DNA of 64,000 nucleotides from Octopus sinensis (taxonomy: Eukaryota), in contig NC_043000.1 in NCBI RefSeq assembly GCF_006345805.1, forward strand, positions 16,554,001 to 16,618,000. The letters are read 5' to 3'. Position numbers and translations under genes: made by a program. This document shows, in pieces, positions 13,315-25,300 of the stretch. The notes under the pieces were generated by a model. The model saw nothing but the letters and a program-made list of their open reading frames with translations, was not told the origin of the DNA and made no database searches. Numbering within the stretch: the first letter of the stretch is position 1; every line of letters starts with the position of its first letter.

Positions 13315-14436
13315 GTAAATAATAATCTGTACAGTCATTGAGAGAATTATATTTTCTCAGTGCTAAGTGTTTATGTAACCCTACATAGACAAGATTGTGG
13401 TGCATAGGAAATTATCCTAAAGAACTGGATTTTAAAGGAGTTTTATATTTATGAATTGATTTAAGAAGCTTGGGACTTACTCCAGAAGCATATAAGAAAA
13501 TACTGACTAGGAATTAAAATTAGAACATTGGTGTATTACAAAATCAGAAACAGTATATACAGCTCAGCAAATTGGCCTTGATAATATACAATATGAATTT
13601 CATGTTTATAGCCTTTACAACATCATTATGTGATATAACATTGTTATATTATGAAGTTATATGATTTTTAAATATTTTAGTCAGGAGGAGGTAGTATATT
13701 TATGGCCTTTGCAGGCCTGAAGCTAGTAAGATTGTAGTCTATGTCTTTTAGAATTTGGCCCAGTTGCTGTATTTAGCTTGACTGAATTTTTTTTTTTTTT
13801 TTGGTGGGGATGATGATCAGGAGGTAAAAATAAGTATCACTCAGTCAAATAAGAATTTCATTGACTATATTTTTTGAAAAGTTTGTAGACGAAATCTATG
13901 ATATACTCTGGCTGCAGGAGTAAGAGCTTCTGCATGGTAAGTGCACACAGTGTCTATATATTGTGTATATGTTTGCATATGTATATATTGTGTATATGTT
14001 TGCATATGTATGTTTTGTGTATATGTTTGCATGTGAGTGTGTCTACAGCTTTATCACAAAAGGAACATTATACATGATTAGCAAAGCTAAATAAAAACAC
14101 ATTTGAGCTAAGCTAAGCATTCAATAAAGCATGGTACTTAAAGCCCTTTCCCTCTTTATGTATCGATAACAACATTTTAAATATTATTTCATGTTCATTC
14201 CACCCGGCTTCCATGGATAGGGTTAACAACTGTTTTCACAACTGAGTTCCAGCTATTCTTTTCTACCATGAACGACTCATCTGTCTTGTAGTCTGAGGTT
14301 TCTTTCGTTTTCTCTTTCCCCTCTTGTTCATATTGGAACAAATTAAATTAGCTTTTACCCACCATGGGCACAAAACAATGATTGCAGAAAGTAAGTTTTG
14401 AACTATTGACCATTACATCCACTAGTTAAAAATACT

Positions 14437-14662
14437 TTAACCCTTTAGTATTCACATTATTTTACCAAAATTAATGCTTTTTTATTCACCTTGTTTTGAA
14501 TTCATGCATTATCTTGTAACTTTGAGAGTCTGATGAGGTAATTGTTAATTTTTAAAACGATATTGTAGGGTTGGTGTGAGAGACCAGATCTGGTCAGTTT
14601 GAACATAAAACAGGTAGAATACTTTTGGCCGGATATGGCTGGTTTAAATGCTAAAGGGTTAA
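14437..14662. mobile_element. piggyBac-type MITE
   Basis: ttaaccctttagta...tgctaaagggttaa: inverted termini flanked by TTAA. Confidence 0.75.
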
Positions 14663-14845
14663 CCTCAGAACCACTGAATCTCTTGAAAGAAAAAAAAACC
14701 CCAGAAAAATCTATCCAAATCTGATAACTAGGTTCCCAATGGCAATTGTATCTTCTAGATTGTCCAAATTCAACTTTACAGGCAAGCCAGCAGCAAAAGT
14801 GGATTGATGCCTGGCAAAAATATGGATTGTAGCAACTTAGCAAAC

Positions 14846-15412
14846 CTTTCTGATTTTCATCAACACCAGCCTCTGACTGAGGAATACCATCAAAGTCTTG
14901 GGTGGTATCGTAGTATTCAACAGCTCCATCCTCATCATTAGCATAACCACCATCATAAGTAGCATCACTGCCATCATAAGTAGCATAACCGATATCATAA
15001 TTGGCTAAGCCACTATCACATGTAGCACTGCTAATGTCATAGTTAGCATCGCCACTGTAGTAAGTAGCATTGCCAACATCATCAGTAGCATCACCAACAT
15101 CATCAGTAGCATCACCACCATCATAAGTAGCATCACCACCATCATAAGTAGCATCACCACCATCATAAGTAGCATCACCACCATCATAAGTAGCATCACC
15201 ACCATCATAAGTAGCATCACCACCATCATAAGTAGTATCACCACCACCATAAGTAGCATCACCACCATCATCATAAGTAGCATCACCACCATCATAAGTA
15301 GCACCATCGCCACCATAGTCTATACCAGCACCATCATCATAACTAGTAGCGCTGACATCATAATCACCATCATCAGGCGACTTGGAGAGAGACTCCGCAA
15401 AACTGTAAGGTT
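14846..15412 (-). CDS. Cassette exon, 567 nt, phase 1/1, encoding GGDATYD heptad repeats
   Basis: Acceptor cataattccag|AA CCT (EPYSF…) and donor CAG AAA G|gtttgc. Length is divisible by 3 with no stops. Contains a 21-bp tandem repeat. Confidence 0.7.
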
Positions 15413-15448
15413 CTGGAATTATGTTGGTATACATTATATATATATATA

Positions 15449-15677
15449 TATTTCTTTACTACCCACAAGGGGCTAAACACAAAGGGGACAAACAAGGACA
15501 GACAAACGGATTAAGTCGATCACATCGACCCCAGTGTGTAACTGGTACTTAATTTATCGACCCTGAAAGGATGAACGGCAAAGTCGACCTCGGCGGAATT
15601 TGAACCCAGAACGTAACGGCAGACGAAATACGGCTACGCATTTCGCCCGGCGTGCTAACGTTTCTGCTAGCTCACCA
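15449..15677 (-). mobile_element. tRNA-derived SINE, family B
   Basis: Closely matching reverse complement of 63204-63435, flanked by (TA)n. Confidence 0.9.
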
Positions 15678-15678
15678 C

Positions 15679-15719
<41 letters not shown>

Positions 15720-15894
15720 TATATATATATAAAATAAGTTGATGCTTTTTATATTTCGTTGAAATGATGAAGGGTATTTACGTTGTATATAAATGAAAGT
15801 ATGTCTGCATGCATGTGTATATGTATATTCATCATATACATGTGTGTATGTGTGTGTTTTGCCGATTGTATATTTCAATTAACATTTCAAAGGT

Positions 15895-16148
15895 CATCAT
15901 CATTTAACGTCCGTTGTCCATGCCGGCATGGGTTGGACAGTTTGACCAGGGCTGGTAAGCTGGAAGGCTGCACCAGACTCCAGTCTGATTTGGCATGGTT
16001 TTCTATGGCTGGAATTCCTTCTTAATGCCAACCACTCTGAGAGTCTAACGGGTGCTATTATGTGCCACCGGCACAGGTGCCATTTGTGTGACACCAGTAT
16101 CTGCCGTGAATGCGATTTGCCTCAGCTTGATGGGTCTTCTTCTCAAGC
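15895..16148 (-). mobile_element. Family C retroposon 3' end (RTE-associated, GGAAGGGCATCC-type core, (ATG)n tail)
   Basis: catcatcatttaacgtccg...ggctggaattccttcttaatgccaaccac, matching the 17825 and 36602 copies. Confidence 0.7.
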
Positions 16149-16413
16149 AGGAGACACATACAATTTTGAAGTGCGTGTGTTTGTGTGTGTATATGTTTCA
16201 AAGTGTATATATGTATGGAACTGATATGGTAAAAAAACAAAACAAAACAAAACAAAACAACAAAACAAAAAAACAAAAAACAACCCCATCTAAAAAAAAC
16301 AAAAACAAAAACTGAATGAAAATAGAAACCCCTCCCTGAAGAACAAACTAAAATAAAACTAAGAAAAAAATCCAACAAATGTTAATAAAATTAAGTTGAC
16401 TAGTTCAAATCAC

Positions 16414-16470
16414 CTTCTGTCTTGCTCTGTGATTCTTCAGTGGACATCTGTTGTGGCAAATCTGTGTGTT
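16414..16470 (-). CDS. Small exon, 57 nt, phase 1/1 (EHTDLPQQMSTEESQSKTE)
   Basis: Acceptor gttttgtctttcag|AA and donor GAAG|gtgatt. In frame, and composition matches the rest of the tail. Confidence 0.8.
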
Positions 16471-17824
16471 CTGAAAGACAAAACAGTTCCTGGTTCAAGT
16501 ACAGACTGGTCTACCACAAATTTCTGAACTCCCTTCCATCGTCACCTCATGACCATTGGTCAATAAGCAAAGTGCAATAGTTGATTACATATAAGTACAC
16601 ACACACACACAAGCCCGCACATATGTATTATACATACATACACACACAAAATACATTCGTTTATTCTATTGCTGGTTTCAGTCACTGGACTGCTGCCATG
16701 CTGGAGTACCACTGTCAAGAGTTTTAGTTGATCACATCGATTCCCAGTGTACTGATATCAGTCCGGCATTTATTTTATTGATCTCTATTTGTTGAACAGT
16801 TAAGTTAGCTTTTTATAAAGGGATATAATACCTTGGTACACACACACACATAAACATGCATATATACAATTTTTGTTTACCGAAATTCTATTTGTAAAGT
16901 ATTGGTCAACTAGAAGAATGCAGCAGAAGATACTGTCTCCACATGTTGCACAATAGGACTGAGCCTGGAACCTCGTAGTTGTGATATGAACCTCTTAACC
17001 ACATGGCCATACTTATGTAGAGACAGACGAAGGCAAGATGGCTGAGAGATACAGGATTAGCTAATCAGAAGTTCAAATATGTTGGTTCAGCCTCAGAACA
17101 AAGTTTATCTTGCAAATGGACTTTGGGGGTTTTAGTTGAATAATTCACTCTCCAGTACATTGATACTGTACAGATTACTATTTATCAAACGGCTAAGTCC
17201 ACCAAAAGTCACTGAGCTTGTGCCTCATACTTGTGTATGTATATGTATATAAATATATATAAATACAACTATAAAGGGTAAAAATTATTAAAAATAATAA
17301 TTTGTGCTATTGGCTAGCATGCATACGAAACATTCTTATTTAGAATGTTCTTTTGTGGTTTGGGAATTTGACTGCCCTTTTTAGTATGTAAGAAGACCTC
17401 ATAGTGGTCTTCTCTCTGTGTATAAATTTTATACACTCATATTATATATACATGTACATTTCACGTGTATATACATATATAAATCATATATAACAATGAA
17501 GTCAATAGCAGTAAAGAAATCAATTGTAATATGGTTTCCACTATTTAAATATTAATATACATATCATCATATCTCCTATTTAAATATTAATGAATTAGCT
17601 ATCTCATTCCCCCATTTTTATATATATATATATATATTTTAAGCTTTATTCAGTCCAGCTTTAGATGGTATTTTCTGAAGCTAAAAAAGAAAATTATTAT
17701 TTTTATCGTTTAATGTCTGAAAACTAGTAAAATGCAATAAGCAAAATATATTTAAAAATTTTAAATAAGCTCAGTTATACACACACACAAACATGTATAC
17801 ATAGGTAAGCATATAATTATATAT

Positions 17825-18235
17825 CATCATCATCATCATCATTTAGCGTCCGTTTTCCATGCTAGCATGGGTTGGACGGTTCAACTGGGGTCTGGGGAGC
17901 CCGAAGGCTGCACCAGGCCAGTCAGATCTGGCAGTGTTTCTACAGCTGGATGCCCTTCCTAACGCCAACCACTCCGAGAGTGTAGTGGGTGATTTTATGT
18001 GCCACCGACACAGGTGCCAGACGAGGCTGGCGAACGGCCACGCTCGGATGGTGTTTTTATGTGCCACCGACACAGGTGCCAGACGAGGCTGGCAGACGGC
18101 CACGCTCGGATGGTGTTTTTATGTGCCACCGACACAGGTGCCAGATGAGGCTGGCGGACGGCCACGATCGGATGGTGTTTGTTACGTCCCCAAAGCACGC
18201 AGGCCAGTCTATGCGGTACTGGCTACGGCCACGTT
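17825..18235 (-). mobile_element. Family C retroposon with internal ~62-bp triplication
   Basis: (CAT)n tail at 17825, core ggatgcccttcctaacgccaaccac, three copies of ttttatgtgccaccgacacaggtgccagacgaggctggc…ggatggtg. Confidence 0.8.
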
Positions 18236-18347
18236 ACACACACAAACATGTATACATAGGTAAGCATATAATTATATATATATATATATATACACACACA
18301 AACATGTATACATAGGTAAGCATATAATTATATATATAATATATATA

Positions 18348-18395
<48 letters not shown>

Positions 18396-18438
18396 CACAC
18401 ACACACACACAAACATGTATACATAGGTAAGCATATAA

Positions 18439-18470
<32 letters not shown>

Positions 18471-18979
18471 ACATGTATACATGTATACAAATGTGAGCAC
18501 ACACACAAGGCCTGGCTGCTTAGCCATTAAGGTGGCATCATTCGATAATTACAACAATGCAAAGAAGTGCATTGTGACCAGTGATGCATAACATCTGAAA
18601 GTCTAGTCGATAAAGTGACACACACACACAATATTTTTCATGCATAACGTATTTATTTATGAAGACATACGCAACAACATTTAAAATCTATATGACTATA
18701 TAAACAGGCATACTTTGGTACAAATACAAAACAACAATAGTAAATAAAAAAGCAGAAAATTATATATATATATACATACATATATATACATATATATGAG
18801 TGTATATTAAAAACAATTCAGATGCTGAAACATAAAAATAACAGGGGGGGAAATATTTTGTTGCCATGGTGTTTCCGAAATGAGAAATGAGGATGAGTTG
18901 ATGGGACAAGTATAGTCAAAACGAACATGAAGATGAAATAAAAATGAACAAAAATGAAATTAAATCTACTGTAACTCAC

Positions 18980-18988
18980 CCCGTAGGT
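18980..18988 (-). CDS. 9-nt microexon, phase 1/1 (D-L-R)
   Basis: Minus strand reads aaattttgccttatcttacag|ACCTACGGG|gtgagt: strong acceptor, perfect donor, frame-preserving. Confidence 0.7.
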
Positions 18989-19184
18989 CTGTAAGATAAG
19001 GCAAAATTTAATGCTGTTCGTGTTAATTATTCTTACCCTTCTTATTACTATCATTATCAAATTGTAGTTAACGATGAACCGAATTTAAAATACTGATAAA
19101 AACAAGGAATTAAAAATGAAATAAAGAAGGATTATAAGTTTTTATGAACAGAATAGTAAAAATAAAGAAAACCCAGTGTGCATG

Positions 19185-19224
<40 letters not shown>

Positions 19225-19291
19225 AAGTATATTGTGTAGTTATACATACATAATTATATATATACATGTATGTGTGTATGTATGTATATAT

Positions 19292-19356
<65 letters not shown>

Positions 19357-19471
19357 TGCTGAGAAAGGGAAGGAGGGAGAGAGAACAAATAAAAATAATA
19401 ATAATTTAGAATTGCCAATGTGGAATCTAAAACAAAACAGAAAATCAAGAACATTAAATAAAAATATTGAA

Positions 19472-19513
<42 letters not shown>
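19472..19513. repeat. (AAT)n microsatellite, one of many (TA)n/(CA)n/(AAT)n runs in the introns
   Basis: Direct trinucleotide run. Confidence 0.9.
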
Positions 19514-19515
<2 letters not shown>

Positions 19516-19677
19516 TAAAATGCAAATACAAATACAACACAATAAGTTGCAACAGAAAGAGTGTGCAGTGAAGATGTTGCATAAATTAGAATATATCATG
19601 CACAATGTGGAACAAATATTTGTGAAGACTATGTTTAAATACAAGGAAAGGGACCTGAAAAAAATAAAATAATTTCT

Positions 19678-19709
<32 letters not shown>

Positions 19710-20239
19710 CACCCCACCCATATATATATGTGTGCATATGTATATGTGTGTATATATATACATACATACATACATACACGCACACCCACACACATACATG
19801 CATACACAAACATGAGGGAAGGAAGGGCGAAGGTGACAGAAGTGAAGCAGCTCCTACTGGGAAATGAAACCAGGTCTGTGAATTGGTTTGTCAAGATTTT
19901 ACCACTGCACCAATGTTCAGGTTTCATGGACAAAGAACTGTAAATTTAGAAGACCAAGTATAGTTTTTAATGTTTTCTCAAGAGCATTTCCTGGATTCAA
20001 CACACTCGGAGCTTACTACTCCTGTGATGGTATTGGTCATAACAACAACAAATAATAATCATTATTATGATTTCACAAGTTACTACATGGACAGCAGATT
20101 AAGGACACTTAAGGACAGACACACAAACAGTGAAAGGAAGGTTACCCTGTATAGAAGGGAAATAAAACAATTATGCCCCAAAAAGAGAACAGCAATTCAG
20201 GTTAATAAAAAAACCAAGTAGTAATAATAGTAATATGTT

Positions 20240-20995
20240 TCAAATTTTGGTACAGGCCCAGCAATTTAGTGGGAAGAGGTTAGTCAATTAAATTGACTCT
20301 GGTACTCAACCGGCTCTTATTTTATCAACTCTGAAAGAATGAGAGGCAAAGTTGGTGGTGCCATTTGAACCCAGAACATCATAGAGAGCTGGAAGAAATG
20401 GCATGAAGCATTTTGTCTGGCATGCTAATGATTTAGCCAGCTCACCACAATAATAATAAGAATAATCCTTCCTACAATAGACACAAGGCTTGAAATTTGT
20501 GGGGTGGAGGAGGGGGTTAGTTGATTACACTGACACTAGTGCTTGGCTGGTACTTATTTTAACAATCCTAAAAGGATGAGAGGCAAAGTTGACCTTGACA
20601 GGATTTGAACTCAGAACGTAAGGACAGCCGAAAAGCATTCTGCCAGCTTGCCACCTTAATAGTAATAATAATAATAATGGGAAATAGGTATAAAACCCAG
20701 TTTAGTACAGCTCCATAAAACTGTTATTAGGGATAGCTAGGATAATTAGGAGGGTTCTTGGTATCTAAGGTTACTTGTAGCTCAACATCATGATTTTTTT
20801 TCTTTTCCAACCGTCTAATCTGTTGTGTGTATATGAAAATAATAATAATAATAATGATTTCAAATTTTGGCACAAAACTAGCATTTTCAAGGAGGGGTTA
20901 AGCCAATTGCATTGACCCCAACTGGTCCTTATTTTATCAACCCCGAAAGGATGAAAGGCAAAGCCGACCTCTGTGGAATTTGAATGCAAAACATA
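20240..20995 (-). mobile_element. Cluster of three degenerate family B-like SINE copies
   Basis: Repeated ttattttatcaac…gaaaggatgaaaggcaaagttgacc…gaatttgaactcagaac blocks at ~20240-20450, 20470-20660 and 20855-20995. Confidence 0.65.
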
Positions 20996-21797
20996 AAATA
21001 ACAATACTTATTCTCATAATAAAAATAATAATAATAATAATCATGATTTATTATACAGACATAAAATGTCGTAATGGGTGTAGAAGAACAGTCAACTATA
21101 TTAACTCCAGTACTTGACTGGTACTTATTCTTACTGGTCGTTGGAAAAATAGGCAAAACCAACTTTGGTGGAATCTGAACTAAGAAGGTACAGGGCTGTA
21201 TCTACATACTGTATTTACTGATACTCTAACAAGTCTGCCAGTTCATCCCCTGAGAGAGAGAAGCATTTGTTGATAATATCGATCCCAGTACTTGGTTGTA
21301 AATTATTTTATGATAATAATAATTTTTTTTATGTTGGCATGGAGTTCAGTTTTTATAGAATAAGGAAAACAGAAATTTTTGACATTCATGGTTTCCCCAC
21401 CAGAGATTTGGTGATATTTAAGAAAACAATTCTGAGTGAGAACTGAGACCACCCAGTGACCTTGGTTCCCAGAGAAGCTGCTACCACATCACTGGTGTCC
21501 TCAAACAACAACAACAACAACGACAACATCAACCATATAATCATGATGAAAAATCATAATGCCAACATTACTATTAATAGTAATGCCTATGGAAATATAT
21601 ACACAGATACACATACAGAAACTTAAACACAACACATGAATACACATACATACATATATAAAAAACCCATCTGTATGTGACTGTATGTAGGTACATATAT
21701 ATATATATGTGTGTGTGTGTATATAGATAATCAAGTATGTGGGTTTGTTGAGGTAAGATTTATGTTAAAATGCCTATTATTGTTTTACAAAATGAAG

Positions 21798-21850
<53 letters not shown>

Positions 21851-21919
21851 ATAGATATATAATGTAAACACATGCACACACACACATACATACATGATTA
21901 CAGACACTTGAATGTGCAT

Positions 21920-21958
<39 letters not shown>

Positions 21959-22156
21959 GAAAATAGGCTGATCCTGCAACAAAAACATAGCATACTGAAT
22001 TAATTGACTACATTACAACACCAACTACTACAACAACAACAACAACAACAATAGCATGTAGAAGACAACAAATTAGCAGGCTGACATGCAACTTGTTAGG
22101 CTAGAGATCATGCAGCGTGACTGTACACTGGCTGTACGTCTAACAGTTAGATATAC

Positions 22157-22328
22157 CTCTACTGGATTTATGGACAGTAGTAGTAGTAGTAGTGTCCGAC
22201 ATACTGTGATGGTATAGCAGAGGATCGGAGGTAGCAGCAGTTTGACTGGTGGAGCTGGAGTCAGGCCGAGTCACAGCAGCATGATAGGTTGAGGAAGAGG
22301 AGGAGGAGGAATTGGAAGAGGAGTAATA

Positions 22329-22360
<32 letters not shown>

Positions 22361-25300
22361 CAGTAGTAGAGGAAACAGGAGAAGAAGGCCGTAAAACGGT
22401 AGAAGGAGGAGGTGAAGAAGTTCTAGGGTGGGAAGTTGTGTGCTCAGAAGGAAGGTTAGAAGAGACTTCTTTGTTGTTAAGTTGGGCAAAGTGATTGTCA
22501 GGAATGACAGACACTTGTTCACTGTCCCCGCCAAGTTCTTCATTATCAGCACTTCTCTTTTTAGCGTTGCGCATGGCTTCCCATTCTGTCATGGTGTAAA
22601 CCTTCTTTTTCTCTTGATAAGGACCCCAGTTAAGGTATGAGTTGTTTCTGGTTGTTTCTTCAAACTCGGTGTTCCAACGGTAGTTCCCTTCTTTATCAAA
22701 CTTTGAATATTCGTATTTATTTCTAAAGTGGCCCGGATACCCCAGATCTGTCCTAACATTGCCTTCATTATCTAAGAAAGGATTGTTGGGATGAGATATT
22801 CCTGTGATCATGCGGATTTCGGGATCTAAAGCAGATGATGTTAATGTCTTACTTGATACCGTCTTGTAATCCATTTCGGTATCGGAACTTTCAAATCTTC
22901 TATCTTTATCAAAATCTACAGATTCTGCAGACATTTGCATGACATCTCTAGAATGGCTTGAGTCACTGTGGGATTCAGATCGTAATGTTTCTTGTGAGGA
23001 ATGGGAAAAGTAAGAGCTGCTTAGACTCCAACGAGCAGACTCCAAAGAGGCTTCCATGATGTTTTGGTGTGTTAGTGCAGGAAAAGCATCAAGTGAATCA
23101 GAAGATGTTTGCATGATGTCATCTTGATCAACCAGTGAATCTGTTTCAAATTTATCAGTATCTTTCACAGTGTCTTTGAATTCCAAAGAATCTGTCGAGT
23201 CTACCATTTCTTTGCTCATTCTTTCTTTCAGTTCTAGAGAATCAGCTGAGCTTTGCATGTCTCGACTAAATTTGTCTTTTATTTCTAACGAATCAACAGA
23301 ACTGTGCATATCAAATGAAGCATCTTGGTCTAACTGCAGAGATTCTACAGAAAATTGCATTGCTGTATCATCTCCTTGCAGAGAATCTCGATCAAAGTCG
23401 AATTGACCCATTTCACTGGAATCTTGTATTTCTGCATTGGAGACAAAGATGACACTAGAAGTAAGTTCATCTTTGCTATCTCCGTCCAATGAGTCTATAT
23501 CGTCTTCTTCTTCTTTAGCCACTTGACTAACATCTTGCATCTTGGGTTCTTCAGAGCTAAGTGAATCCTTATCAATGTCGTCTCCGTCTATGGAGTCCTG
23601 TTCAATATCAAAATTACCTATTATTTCAGGTACATCCCTCATGTGACCATTTGATTGATATGAACTTCCTAAACTTTCACTTTCTGGATATTCAGGCAGC
23701 TCCCCTGATTCCAATATTGACGCTATTTTCTTGGCTTCGGCAGCAAGTTCTTCAGATATGACTATTTCTTGTTCTAGTCGTTCAAATTCGGCAAGCGATG
23801 AACTTGCACTGCGTTTGCTATGGCCACTTGATGAACTGTGGCGATCATCTCCCGAACTGGAGTATCCACCCCCAGTGCACTCTTTTTCGAGGTTTTCAAA
23901 TTCAGCCAGTGATGACATCGATCCATTTGTTGCACTACCTTGTCCTGATGGCATCAACTTGTCTATTGAACTAAACGAGCCAATTGAACCTCCGAGTGCA
24001 ATCTGTCGCTCTAGACGTTCAAATTCTCCTAATGAAGAGGCAACTGACACATCATCTCGATCAGCTGCTCGCCAATGGAAGTTTCGACTGTCAAAAGAGC
24101 TAGGCAGGCTGTGGGCTTCATTTGATCCAAGCGAGCCAAATTGTCCTATTTCACCTTCTAACCGTTCAAATTCTAACAAGGACGAAGAAACAGAAGAAGC
24201 AGCTGACCCATCATCTTTTTCCCGACTTCTGCCAGCGTAACGTATGTTTGGATAGCCGTGGGTGTGACCCACAGTACCAGGTGAGGCAGATATCATTTCC
24301 GGTGAGGTTTTGCTACTAGAATGGCTGTCAGAGAGTGCTTCCAGTTCATCTTTTTCTATCATTTCAAATCGATCTTCATCAGACTTTTCAGATATCACCG
24401 ATAAAGCAGTCTTCCCAATCATCTCAAAACGATCGCTACATGGAGAAGATTCCCCTGATTTGTCCTCTTCTGTCAACAATGGCCAGTCATACGGTTCTTC
24501 TTCTTCTGGTTCAGTATGCATTGAATAAATGTCGGAATGGATTGATGATGTCATCGACGCAACATCAGCCAAGCGGTCATCATCACACTCGTCCCCTTCT
24601 TGGTCTACGCCAACGACTGTTGTAAAGCTGTCCACACTTGATGTATCAGCAATATCTTCGGGGCTCAGAATGTCAGTGGCATGCATGACCGAAGGCTCGA
24701 ATCCAAGGAAACCGTTCTTAGAAGAATCTTTAGTTTCAGAATCCCTTTGGAATTGTTTTGAAGAACTGATAGGAACTGGCTCAGTTTTAGTTTGTAGAGA
24801 AAAGGAGTCTTCAAACGAAGAAGTGGTTGGTACTTTGTCAGGAGTTTCAGAAAATTTCTGCACATTCCATTCAAGTTCTTGTTCACTGGTGAATGTTTTT
24901 GCTGAACCAGCATGAGCATCAGCAATAACGAATGCCGAAGAACTAGGTTCATGAGATGACACTCCGTTCTTTTCGGTCTCTTCGGATTCAAATTCCATTT
25001 CATCCTGAATCATTTCAAAATAGGACATTCCTTCACCCTTTGGACTATCATCTCCAGATTCTTTTTCATCAGATTCTTTGTCTTCCTGCTCAGAGGAAGA
25101 GTCTGGCATGTGTGATGGAACAAAGCCAGATGGAACAAAGTCATCTTTGTCAATACTCTTGTGTAGGTGTTCTGTGATGGTGATCTCGGGCATGTCATCA
25201 TCCCTCTGTTTCGTGAAAGGAGGGGGATGGGAAGGTGGAGGTGGTGCCGAGAAAAAGGCTGGTTGTGACCGACACATCATTGATGGGTCAAATTGTTCTG

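Noticed and set aside
13889-13942. Plus-strand AG…GTAAGT pair (48 nt), possible antisense exon
   Set aside because: Isolated, with no partner exons identified.
14502-14845. C-terminal part of the 310-aa ORF
   Set aside because: Lies beyond the donor at 14846 and runs into a MITE, so it is read-through intron.
15005-15316. M/V/L-rich 103-aa ORF
   Set aside because: Alternative frame of the 21-bp repeat. Only the GGDATYD frame matches the splice phases.
17990-18180. Regular ~62-bp repeats resembling a CRISPR array
   Set aside because: Head-to-tail tandem units without unique spacers, inside a eukaryotic retroposon, with no cas genes.
19178-19943. ORFs rich in YI/HT/CV/N runs (also many similar ORFs elsewhere)
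   Set aside because: Translations of (TA)n, (CA)n and (AAT)n microsatellites.
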